From positions 29,277 to 93,276 of the forward strand of contig JAUCBJ010007195.1 of assembly GCA_032718475.1 (NCBI GenBank): a stretch of 64,000 nt of DNA. Direction: 5' to 3'. Under the pieces are notes generated by a model. It was given only the letters and a program-made list of their open reading frames with translations. It had not been told where the DNA came from and ran no database searches. The stretch comes from Nemertoderma westbladi. Its lineage: Eukaryota > Animalia > Xenacoelomorpha. How positions within the stretch are numbered: position 1 is the first letter of the stretch; each line of letters opens with the position of its first letter. A program made the position numbers and the translations under genes. Below are positions 1 to 15,305 of this stretch, in pieces.

Positions 1-3000
1 TTAATTCTAACTATAACACACAAACTAACCTTAATTCTAACTATAACACACAAACTAACCTTTACTCTAACTATAACACACAAACTAACCTTAATTCTAA
101 CTATAACACACAAACTAACCTTAATTCTAACTATAACACACAAACTAACCTTAATTCTAACTATAACACACAAACTAACCTTAATTCTAACTATAACACA
201 CAAACTAACCTTAATTCTAACTATAACACACAAACTAACCTTAATTCTAACTATAACACACAAACTAACCTTTACTCTAACTATAACACACAAACTAACC
301 TTAATTCTAACTATAACACACAAACTAACCTTAATTCTAACTATAACACACAAACTAACCTTAATTCTAACTATAACACACAAACTAACCTTAATTCTAA
401 CTATAACACACAAACTAACCTTTACTCTAACTATAACACACAAACTAACCTTAATTCTAACTATAACACACAAACTAACCTTAATTCTAACTATAACACA
501 CAAACTAACCTTAATTCTAACTATAACACACAAACTAACCTTAATTCTAACTATAACACACAAACTAACCTTAATTCTAACTATAACACACAAACTAACC
601 TTAATTCTAACTATAACACACAAACTAACCTTAATTCTAACTATAACACACAAACTAACCTTAATTCTAACTATAACACACAAACTAACCTTTACTCTAA
701 CTATAACACACAAACTAACCTTAATTCTAACTATAACACACAAACTAACCTTAATTCTAACTATAACACACAAACTAACCTTAATTCTAACTATAACACA
801 CAAACTAACCTTAATTCTAACTATAACACACAAACTAACCTTATTCTAACTATAACACACAAACTAACCTTATTCTAACTATAACACACAAACTAACCTT
901 AATTCTAACTATAACACACAAACTAACCGTAATTCTAACTATAACACACAAACTAACCTTTACTCTAACTATAACACACAAACTAACCTTAATTCTAACT
1001 ATAACACACAAACTAACCTTAATTCTAACTATAACACACAAACTAACCTTAATTTTAACTATAACACACAAACTAACCTTAATTTTAACTATAACACACA
1101 AACTAACCTTAATTTTAACTATAACACACAAACTAACCTTTACTCTAACTATAACACACAAACTAACCTTAATTCTAACTATAACACACAAACTAACCTT
1201 AATTCTAACTATAACACACAAACTAACCTTAATTCTAACTATAACACACAAACTAACCTTAATTTTAACTATAACACACAAACTAACCTTAATTCTAACT
1301 ATAACACACAAACTAACCTTAATTTTAACTATAACACACAAACTAACCTTTACTCTAACTATAACACACAAACTAACCTTAATTCTAACTATAACACACA
1401 AACTAACCTTAATTCTAACTATAACACACAAACTAACCTTAATTCTAACTATAACACACAAACTAAGCTTTACTCTAACTATAACACACAAACTAACCTT
1501 AATTTTAACTATAACACACAAACTAACCTTAATTCTAACTATAACACACAAACTAACCTTTACTCTAACTATAACACACAAACTAACCTTAATTCTAACT
1601 ATAACACACAAACTAACCTTTACTCTAACTATAACACACAAACTAACCTTTACTCTAACTATAACACACAAACTAACCTTTACTCTAACTATAACACACA
1701 AACTAACCTTAATTCTAACTATAACACACAAACTAACCTTAATTCTAACTATAACACACAAACTAACCTTTACTCTAACTATAACACACAAACTAACCTT
1801 AATTTTAACTATAACACACAAACTAACCTTTACTCTAACTATAACACACAAACTAACCTTAATTTTAACTATAACACACAAACTAGCCTTAATTCTAACT
1901 ATAACACACAAACTAACCTTAATTTTAACTATAACACACAAACTAACCTTTACTCTAACTATAACACACAAACTAACCTTAATTCTAACTATAACACACA
2001 AACTAACCTTAATTCTAACTATAACACACAAACTAACCTTAATTCTAACTATAACACACAAACTAACCTTTACTCTAACTATAACACACAAACTAACCTT
2101 TACTCTAACTATAACACACAAACTAACCTTTACTCTAACTATAACACACAAACTAACCTTAATTCTAACTATAACACACAAACTAACCTTAATTCTAACT
2201 ATAACACACAAACTAACCTTTACTCTAACTATAACACACAAACTAACCTTTATTCTAACTATAACACACAAACTAACCTTTACTCTAACTATAACACACA
2301 AACTAACCTTAATTATAACTATAACACACAAACTAACCTTAATTCTAACTATAACACACAAACTAACCTTTACTCTAACTATAACACACAAACTAACCTT
2401 AATTCTAACTATAACACACAAACTAACCTTAATTCTAACTATAACACACAAACTAACCTTAATTCTAACTATAACACACAAACTAACCTTAATTCTAACT
2501 ATAACACACAAACTAACCTTAATTCTAACTATAACACACAAACTAACCTTAATTCTAACTATAACACACAAACTAACCTTAATTCTAACTATAACACACA
2601 AACTAACCTTTACTCTAACTATAACACACAAACTAACCTTAATTCTAACTATAACACACAAACTAACCTTAATTCTAACTATAACACACAAACTAACCTT
2701 TACTCTAACTATAACACACAAACTAACCTTAATTTTAACTATAACACACAAACTAACCTTAATTTTAACTATAACACACAAACTAACCGTAATTCTAACT
2801 ATAACACACAAACTTACACACACACAACACAACACACACACATAACTAACCTTAATCTAACTTTAACACACAAACTAACCTTAATTCTAACTATAACACA
2901 CAAACTAACCTTAATTCTAACTATAACACACAAACTAACCGTAATTCTAACTATAACACACAAACTAACCTTAATTTTAACTATAGCACACAAACTAACC

Positions 3001-6000
3001 TTTACTCTAACTATAACACACAAACTAACCTTTACTCTAACTATAACACACAAACTAACCTTAATTATAACTATAACACACAAACTAACCTTAATTTTAA
3101 CTATAACACAAAAACTAACCTTAATTTTAACTATAGCACACAAACTAACCTTTACTCTAACTATAACACACAAACTAACCTTTACTCTAACTATAACACA
3201 CAAACTAACCTTAATTATAACTATAACACACAAACTAACCTTAATTTTAACTATAACACACAAACTAACCTTAATTCTAACTATAACACACAAACTAACC
3301 TTAATTTTAACTATAACACACAAACTAAGCTTAATTCTAACTATAACACACAAACTAACCTTAATTTTAACTATAACACACAAACTAACCTTAATTTTAA
3401 CTATAACACACAAACTAACCTTAATTTTAACTATAACACACAAACTAACCTTTACTCTAACTATAACACACAAACTAACCTTTACTCTAACTATAACACA
3501 CAAACTAACCTTAATTCTAACTATAACACACAAACTAACCTTAATTCTAACTATAACACACAAACTAACCGTAATTCTAACTATAACACACAAACTAACC
3601 TTAATTTTAACTATAACACACAAACTAACCTTAATTTTAACTATAACACACAAACTAAACTTAATTCTAACTATAACACACAAACTAAGCTTTACTCTAA
3701 CTATAACACACAAACTAACCTTAATTCTAACTATAACACACAAACTAACCTTTATTCTAACTATAACACACAAACTAACCGTAATTCTAACTATAACACA
3801 CAAACTAACCTTAATTCTAACTATAACACACAAACTAACCTTAATTTTAACTATAACACAAAAACTAACCTTAATTTTAACTATAACACACAAACTAACC
3901 TTAATTCTAACTATAACACACAAACTAACCGTAATTCTAACTATAACACATCACAAACTAACCTTTACTCTAACTATAACACACAAACTAACCTTAATTC
4001 TAACTATAACACACAAACTAACCTTTACTCTAACTATAACACACAAACTAACCTTAATTCTAACTATAACACACAAACTAACCTTAATTCTAACTATAAC
4101 ACACAAACTAACCGTAATTCTAACTATAACACACAAACTAACCTTAATTTTAACTATAACACACAAACTAACCTTAATTTTAACTATAACACACAAACTA
4201 AACTTAATTCTAACTATAACACACAAACTAAGCTTTACTCTAACTATAACACACAAACTAACCTTAATTCTAACTATAACACACAAACTAACCTTTATTC
4301 TAACTATAACACACAAACTAACCGTAATTCTAACTATAACACACAAACTAACCTTAATTTTAACTATAACACACAAACTAAGCTTAATTCTAACTATAAC
4401 ACACAAACTAACCTTAATTTTAACTATAACACACAAACTAACCTTAATTTTAACTATAACACACAAACTAACCTTAATTTTAACTATAACACACAAACTA
4501 ACCTTTACTCTAACTATAACACACAAACTAACCTTTACTCTAACTATAACACACAAACTAACCTTAATTCTAACTATAACACACAAACTAACCTTAATTC
4601 TAACTATAACACACAAACTAACCGTAATTCTAACTATAACACACAAACTAACCTTAATTTTAACTATAACACACAAACTAACCTTAATTTTAACTATAAC
4701 ACACAAACTAAACTTAATTCTAACTATAACACACAAACTAAGCTTTACTCTAACTATAACACACAAACTAACCTTAATTCTAACTATAACACACAAACTA
4801 ACCTTTATTCTAACTATAACACACAAACTAACCGTAATTCTAACTATAACACACAAACTAACCTTAATTCTAACTATAACACACAAACTAACCTTAATTT
4901 TAACTATAACACAAAAACTAACCTTAATTTTAACTATAACACACAAACTAACCTTAATTCTAACTATAACACACAAACTAACCGTAATTCTAACTATAAC
5001 ACATCACAAACTAACCTTTACTCTAACTATAACACACAAACTAACCTTAATTCTAACTATAACACACAAACTAACCTTTACTCTAACTATAACACACAAA
5101 CTAACCTTAATTCTAACTATAACACACAAACTAACCGTAATTCTAACTATAACACACAAACTAACCTTTACTCTAACTATAACACTCAAACTAACCTTAA
5201 TTCTAACTATAACACACAAACTAACCGTAATTCTAACTATAACACACAAACTAACCTTAATTTTAACTATAACACAAAAACTAACCTTAATTTTAACTAT
5301 AACAACACAAACTAACCTTAATTTTAACTATAACACACAAACTAACCTTTACTCTAACTATAACACACAAACTAACCTTAATTCTAACTATAACACACAA
5401 ACTAACCTTAATTCTAACTATAACACACAAACTAACCTTAATTTTAACTATAACACACAAACTAACCTTTACTCTAACTATAACACACAAACTAACCTTA
5501 ATTCTAACTATAACACACAAACTAACCTTAATTCTAACTATAACACACAAACTAACCTTAATTCTAACTATAACACACAAACTAACCTTTACTCTAACTA
5601 TAACACACAAACTAACCTTTACTCTAACTATAACACACAAACTAACCTTTACTCTAACTATAACACACAAACTAACCTTAATTCTAACTATAACACACAA
5701 ACTAACCTTAATTCTAACTATAACACACAAACTAACCTTTACTCTAACTATAACACACAAACTAACCTTAATTCTAACTATAACACACAAACTAACCTTT
5801 ACTCTAACTATAACACACAAACTAACCTTAATTTTAACTATAACACACAAACTAACCTTAATTCTAACTATAACACACAAACTAACCTTAATTTTAACTA
5901 TAACACACAAACTAACCTTTACTCTAACTATAACACACAAACTAACCTTAATTTAACTATAACACACAAACTAACCTTTACTCTAACTATAACACACAAA

Positions 6001-9000
6001 CTAACCTTTACTCTAACTATAACACACAAACTAACCTTAATTCTAACTATAACACACAAACTAACCTTAATTCTAACTATAACACACAAACTAACCTTTA
6101 CTCTAACTATAACACACAAACTAACCTTTACTCTAACTATAACACACAAACTAACCTTTACTCTAACTATAACACACAAACTAACCTTAATTCTAACTAT
6201 AACACACAAACTAACCTTAATTCTAACTATAACACACAAACTAACCTTAATTCTAACTATAACACACAAACTAACCTTTACTCTAACTATAACACACAAA
6301 CTAACCTTAATTCTAACTATAACACACAAACTAACCTTTACTCTAACTATAACACACAAACTAACCTTAATTCTAACTATAACACACAAACTAACCTTAA
6401 TTCTAACTATAACACACAAACTAACCTTAATTCTAACTATAACACACAAACTAACCTTTACTCTAACTATAACACACAAACTAACCTTAATTCTAACTAT
6501 AACACACAAACTAACCTTAATTCTAACTATAACACACAAACTAACCTTACTCTAACTATAACACACAAACTAACCTTAATTCTAACTATAACACACAAAC
6601 TAACCTTAATTCTAACTATAACACACAAACTAACCTTTACTCTAACTATAACACACAAACTAACCTTAATTCTAACTATAACACACAAACTAACCTTAAT
6701 TCTAACTATAACACACAAACTAACCTTAATTCTAACTATAACACACAAACTAACCTTTACTCTAACTATAACACACAAACTAACCTTACTCTAACTATAA
6801 CACACAAACTAACCTTTACTCTAACTATAACACACAAACTAACCTTAATTCTAACTATAACACACAAACTAACCTTAATTCTAACTATAACACACAAACT
6901 AACCTTTACTCTAACTATAACACACAAACTAACCTTAATTCTAACTATAACACACAAACTAACCTTAATTCTAACTATAACACACAAACTAACCTTTACT
7001 CTAACTATAACACACAAACTAACCTTAATTCTAACTATAACACACAAACTAACCTTAATTCTAACTATAACACACAAACTAACCTTAATTCTAACTATAA
7101 CACACAAACTAACCTTAATTCTAACTATAACACACAAACTAACCTTAATTCTAACTATAACACACAAACTAACCTTAATTCTAACTATAACACACAAACT
7201 AACCTTTACTCTAACTATAACACACAAACTAACCTTAATTCTAACTATAACACACAAACTAACCTTAATTCTAACTATAACACACAAACTAACCTTAATT
7301 CTAACTATAACACACAAACTAACCTTAATTCTAACTATAACACACAAACTAACCTTAATTCTAACTATAACACACAAACTAACCTTTACTCTAACTATAA
7401 CACACAAACTAACCTTAATTCTAACTATAACACACAAACTAACCTTAATTCTAACTATAACACACAAACTAACCTTAATTCTAACTATAACACACAAACT
7501 AACCTTAATTCTAACTATAACACACAAACTAACCTTAATTCTAACTATAACACACAAACTAACCTTAATTCTAACTATAACACACAAACTAACCTTAATT
7601 CTAACTATAACACACAAACTAACCTTAACTCTAACTATAACACACAAACTAACCTTAATTCTAACTATAACACACAAACTAACCTTAATTCTAACTATAA
7701 CACACAAACTAACCTTAATTCTAACTATAACACACAAACTAACCTTTACTCTAACTATAACACACAAACTAACCTTTACTCTAACTATAACACACAAACT
7801 AACCTTAACTCTAACTATAACACACAAACTAACCTTAATTCTAACTATAACACACAAACTAACCTTAATTCTAACTATAACACACAAACTAACCTTTACT
7901 CTAACTATAACACACAAACTAACCTTAATTCTAACTATAACACACAAACTAACCTTACTCTAACTATAACACACAAACTAACCTTAATTCTAACTATAAC
8001 ACACAAACTAACCTTAATTCTAACTATAACACACAAACTAACCTTAATTCTAACTATAACACACAAACTAACCTTTACTCTAACTATAACACACAAACTA
8101 ACCTTAATTCTAACTATAACACACAAACTAACCTTAATTCTAACTATAACACACAAACTAACCTTAATTCTAACTATAACACACAAACTAACCTTTACTC
8201 TAACTATAACACACAAACTAACCTTAATTCTAACTATAACACACAAACTAACCTTAATTCTAACTATAACACACAAACTAACCTTAATTCTAACTATAAC
8301 ACACAAACTAACCTTAATTCTAACTATAACACACAAACTAACCTTTACTCTAACTATAACACACAAACTAACCTTAATTCTAACTATAACACACAAACTA
8401 ACCTTTACTCTAACTATAACACACAAACTAACCTTAATTCTAACTATAACACACAAACTAACCTTAATTCTAACTATAACACACAAACTAACCTTAATTC
8501 TAACTATAACACACAAACTAACCTTAATTCTAACTATAACACACAAACTAACCTTAATTCTAACTATAACACACAAACTAACCTTTACTCTAACTATAAC
8601 ACACAAACTAACCTTAATTCTAACTATAACACACAAACTAACCTTAATTCTAACTATAACACACAAACTAACCTTAATTCTAACTATAACACACAAACTA
8701 ACCTTAATTCTAACTATAACACACAAACTAACCTTAATTCTAACTATAACACACAAACTAACCTTAATTCTAACTATAACACACAAACTAACCTTAATTC
8801 TAACTATAACACACAAACTAACCTTAATTCTAACTATAACACACAAACTAACCTTAATTCTAACTATAACACACAAACTAACCTTAATTCTAACTATAAC
8901 ACACAAACTAACCTTAATTCTAACTATAACACACAAACTAACCTTAATTCTAACTATAACACACAAACTAACCTTACTCTAACTATAACACACAAACTAA

Positions 9001-12000
9001 CCTTAATTCTAACTATAACACACAAACTAACCTTAATTCTAACTATAACACACAAACTAACCTTAATTCTAACTATAACACACAAACTAACCTTAATTCT
9101 AACTATAACACACAAACTAACCTTAATTCTAACTATAACACACAAACTAACCTTAATTCTAACTATAACACACAAACTAACCTTAATTCTAACTATAACA
9201 CACAAACTAACCTTAATTCTAACTATAACACACAAACTAACCTTAATTCTAACTATAACACACAAACTAACCTTAACTCTAACTATAACACACAAACTAA
9301 CCTTAATTCTAACTATAACACACAAACTAACCTTACTCTAACTATAACACACAAACTAACCTTAATTCTAACTATAACACACAAACTAACCTTACTCTAA
9401 CTATAACACACAAACTAACCTTAATTCTAACTATAACACACAAACTAACCTTTACTCTAACTATAACACACAAACTAACCTTACTTCTAACTATAACACA
9501 CAAACTAACCTTAATTCTAACTATAACACACAAACTAACCTTAATTCTAACTATAACACACAAACTAACCTTAATTCTAACTATAACACACAAACTAACC
9601 TTAATTCTAACTATAACACACAAACTAACCTTTACTCTAACTATAACACACAAACTAACCTTAATTCTAACTATAACACACAAACTAACCTTTACTCTAA
9701 CTATAACACACAAACTAACCTTTACTCTAACTATAACACACAAACTAACCTTTACTCTAACTATAACACACAAACTAACCTTAATTCTAACTATAACACA
9801 CAAACTAACCTTTACTCTAACTATAACACACAAACTAACCTTTACTCTAACTATAACACACAAACTAACCTTAATTCTAACTATAACACACAAACTAACC
9901 TTTACTCTAACTATAACACACAAACTAACCTTACTTCTAACTATAACACACAAACTAACCTTAATTCTAACTATAACACACAAACTAACCTTAATTCTAA
10001 CTATAACACACAAACTAACCTTAATTCTAACTATAACACACAAACTAACCTTAATTCTAACTATAACACACAAACTAACCTTTACTCTAACTATAACACA
10101 CAAACTAACCTTTACTCTAACTATAACACACAAACTAACCTTAATTCTAACTATAACACACAAACTAACCTTAATTCTAACTATAACACACAAACTAACC
10201 TTAATTCTAACTATAACACACAAACTAACCTTAATTCTAACTATAACACACAAACTAACCTTTACTCTAACTATAACACACAAACTAACCTTAACTCTAA
10301 CTATAACACACAAACTAACCTTTACTCTAACTATAACACACAAACTAACCTTAACTCTAACTATAACACACAAACTAACCTTTACTCTAACTATAACACA
10401 CAAACTAACCTTAATTCTAACTATAACACACAAACTAACCTTTACTCTAACTATAACACACAAACTAACCTTTACTCTAACTATAACACACAAACTAACC
10501 TTTACTCTAACTATAACACACAAACTAACCTTAATTCTAACTATAACACACAAACTAACCTTTACTCTAACTATAACACACAAACTAACCTTAATTCTAA
10601 CTATAACACACAAACTAACCTTAATTCTAACTATAACACACAAACTAACCTTTACTCTAACTATAACACACAAACTAACCTTTACTCTAACTATAACACA
10701 CAAACTAACCTTAATTCTAACTATAACACACAAACTAACCTTAATTCTAACTATAACACACAAACTAACCTTTACTCTAACTATAACACACAAACTAACC
10801 TTAATTCTAACTATAACACACAAACTAACCTTAATTCTAACTATAACACACAAACTAACCTTTACTCTAACTATAACACACAAACTAACCTTAATTCTAA
10901 CTATAACACACAAACTAACCTTAATTCTAACTATAACACACAAACTAACCTTTACTCTAACTATAACACACAAACTAACCTTTACTCTAACTATAACACA
11001 CAAACTAACCTTTACTCTAACTATAACACACAAACTAACCTTTACTCTAACTATAACACACAAACTAACCTTTACTCTAACTATAACACACAAACTAACC
11101 TTAATTCTAACTATAACACACAAACTAACCTTAATTCTAACTATAACACACAAACTAACCTTTACTCTAACTATAACACACAAACTAACCTTTACTCTAA
11201 CTATAACACACAAACTAACCTTTACTCTAACTATAACACACAAACTAACCTTTACTCTAACTATAACACACAAACTAACCTTAATTCTAACTATAACACA
11301 CAAACTAACCTTTACTCTGACTATAACACACAAACTAACCTTTACTCTGACTATAACACACAAACTAACCTTTACTCTAACTATAACACACAAACTAACC
11401 TTTACTCTAACTATAACACACAAACTAACCTTTACTCTAACTATAACACACAAACTAACCTTAATTCTAACTATAACACACAAACTAACCTTTACTCTGA
11501 CTATAACACACAAACTAACCTTAATTCTAACTATAACACACAAACTAACCTTAATTCTAACTATAACACACAAACTAACCTTTACTCTAACTATAACACA
11601 CAAACTAACCTTTACTCTAACTATAACACACAAACTAACCTTTACTCTAACTATAACACACAAACTAACCTTTACTCTGACTATAACACACAAACTAACC
11701 TTTACTCTAACTATAACACACAAACTAACCTTTACTCTAACTATAACACACAAACTAACCTTAATTCTAACTATAACACACAAACTAACCTTAATTCTAA
11801 CTATAACACACAAACTAACCTTTACTCTAACTATAACACACAAACTAACCTTTACTCTGACTATAACAAACAAACTAACCTTTACTCTAACTATAACACA
11901 CAAACTAACCTTTACTCTAACTATAACACACAAACTAACCTTTACTCTGACTATAACACACAAACTAACCTTTACTCTAACTATAACACACAAACTAACC

Positions 12001-15000
12001 TTAATTCTAACTATAACACACAAACTAACCTTTACTCTAACTATAACACACAAACTAACCTTAATTCTAACTATAACACACAAACTAAGCTTAATTCTAA
12101 CTATAACACACAAACTAACCTTTACTCTAACTATAACACACAAACTAACCTTTACTCTGACTATAACACACAAACTAACCTTTACTCTAACTATAACACA
12201 CAAACTAACCTTTACTCTAACTATAACACACAAACTAACCTTTACTCTGACTATAACACACAAACTAACCTTTACTCTAACTATAACACACAAACTAACC
12301 TTAATTCTAACTATAACACACAAACTAACCTTTACTCTAACTATAACACACAAACTAAGCTTTACTCTAACTATAACACACAAACTAACCTTTACTCTAA
12401 CTATAACACACAAACTAACCTTTACTCTAACTATAACACACAAACTAACCTTTACTCTAACTATAACACACAAACTAACCTTTACTCTAACTATAACACA
12501 CAAACTAACCTTAATTCTAACTATAACACACAAACTAACCTTTACTCTAACTATAACACACAAACTAACCTTAATTCTAACTATAACACACAAACTAACC
12601 TTTACTCTAACTATAACACACAAACTAACCTTAATTCTAACTATAACACACAAACTAACCTTTACTCTAACTATAACACACAAACTAACCTTTACTCTAA
12701 CTATAACACACAAACTAACCTTTACTCTAACTATAACACACAAACTAACCTTTACTCTAACTATAACACACAAACTAACCTTAATTCTAACTATAACACA
12801 CAAACTAACCTTTACTCTAACTATAACACACAAACTAACCTTAATTCTAACTATAACACACAAACTAACCTTAATTTTAACTATAACACACAAACTAACC
12901 TTTACTCTAACTATAACACACAAACTAACCTTTACTCTGACTATAACAAACAAACTAACCTTAATTCTAACTATAACACACAAACTAACCTTAATTCTAA
13001 CTATAACACACAAACTAACCTTTACTCTAACTATAACACACAAACTAACCTTAATTCTAACTATAACACACAAACTAACCTTAATTCTAACTATAACACA
13101 CAAACTAACCTTTACTCTAACTATAACACACAAACTAACCTTAATTCTAACTATAACACACAAACTAAGCTTAATTCTAACTATAACACACAAACTAACC
13201 TTTACTCTAACTATAACACACAAACTAACCTTTACTCTGACTATAACAAACAAACTAACCTTTACTCTAACTATAACACACAAACTAACCTTTACTCTAA
13301 CTATAACACACAAACTAACCTTTACTCTGACTATAACAAACAAACTAACCTTTACTCTAACTATAACACACAAACTAACCTTAATTCTAACTATAACACA
13401 CAAACTAACCTTTACTCTAACTATAACACACAAACTAAGCTTTACTCTAACTATAACACACAAACTAACCTTTACTCTAACTATAACACACAAACTAACC
13501 TTAATTCTAACTATAACACACAAACTAACCTTTACTCTAACTATAACACACAAACTAACCTTAATTTTAACTATAACACACAAACTAACCTTTACTCTAA
13601 CTATAACACACAAACTAACCTTTACTCTGACTATAACAAACAAACTAACCTTTACTCTAACTATAACACACAAACTAACCTTAATTCTAACTATAACACA
13701 CAAACTAACCTTAATTCTAACTATAACACACAAACTAACCTTTACTCTAACTATAACACACAAACTAACCTTAATTCTAACTATAACACACAAACTAAGC
13801 TTAATTCTAACTATAACACACAAACTAACCTTTACTCTAACTATAACACACAAACTAACCTTAATTCTAACTATAACACACAAACTAACCTTAATTTTAA
13901 CTATAACACACAAACTAACCTTTACTCTAACTATAACACACAAACTAACCTTTACTCTAACTATAACACACAAACTAACCTTTACTCTAACTATAACACA
14001 CAAACTAACCTTTACTCTAACTATAACACACAAACTAACCTTAATTCTAACTATAACACACAAACTAACCTTTACTCTAACTATAACACACAAACTAACC
14101 TTAATTCTAACTATAACACACAAACTAACCTTTACTCTAACTATAACACACAAACTAACCTTTACTCTGACTATAACAAACAAACTAACCTTTACTCTAA
14201 CTATAACACACAAACTAACCTTAATTCTAACTATAACACACAAACTAACCTTAATTCTAACTATAACACACAAACTAACCTTTACTCTAACTATAACACA
14301 CAAACTAACCTTAATTCTAACTATAACACACAAACTAAGCTTAATTCTAACTATAACACACAAACTAACCTTTACTCTAACTATAACACACAAACTAACC
14401 TTAATTCTAACTATAACACACAAACTAACCTTAATTTTAACTATAACACATCACAAACTAACCTTTACTCTAACTATAACACACAAACTAACCTTAATTC
14501 TAACTATAACACACAAACTAACCTTAATTTTAACTATAACACATCACAAACTAACCTTTACTCTAACTATAACACACAAACTAACCTTAATTCTAACTAT
14601 AACACACAAACTAAGCTTAATTCTAACTATAACACACAAACTAACCTTTACTCTAACTATAACACACAAACTAACCTTTACTCTGACTATAACAAACAAA
14701 CTAACCTTTACTCTAACTATAACACACAAACTAACCTTAATTCTAACTATAACACACAAACTAACCTTTACTCTAACTATAACACACAAACTAACCTTAA
14801 TTCTAACTATAACACACAAACTAAGCTTAATTCTAACTATAACACACAAACTAACCTTTACTCTAACTATAACACACAAACTAACCTTAATTCTAACTAT
14901 AACACACAAACTAACCTTTATTCTAACTATAACACACAAACTAACCTTAATTCTAACTATAACACACAAACTTACACACACACAACACAACACACACACA

Positions 15001-15305
15001 TAACTAACCTTACTCTAACTATAACACACAAACTAACCTTTACTCTAACTATAACACACAAACTAACCTTTACTCTAACTATAACACACAAACTAACCTT
15101 TACTCTAACTATAACACACAAACTAACCTTTACTCTAACTATAACACACAAACTAACCTTTACTCTAACTATAACACACAAACTAACCTTAATTCTAACT
15201 ATAACACACAAACTAACCTTAATTCTAACTGTAACACACAAACTAACCTTAATTCTAACTATAACACACAAACTAACCTTAATTCTAACTATAACACACA
15301 AACTA
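1..15305. repeat. 30-bp tandem satellite (ttaattctaactataacacacaaactaacc), ~510 units, running off the window start; intronic in the FN3 gene
   Basis: Directly visible 30-bp periodicity with variants ttaattct/tttactct/ttaatttt/gtaattct and occasional 1-nt indels. Confidence 0.98.
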
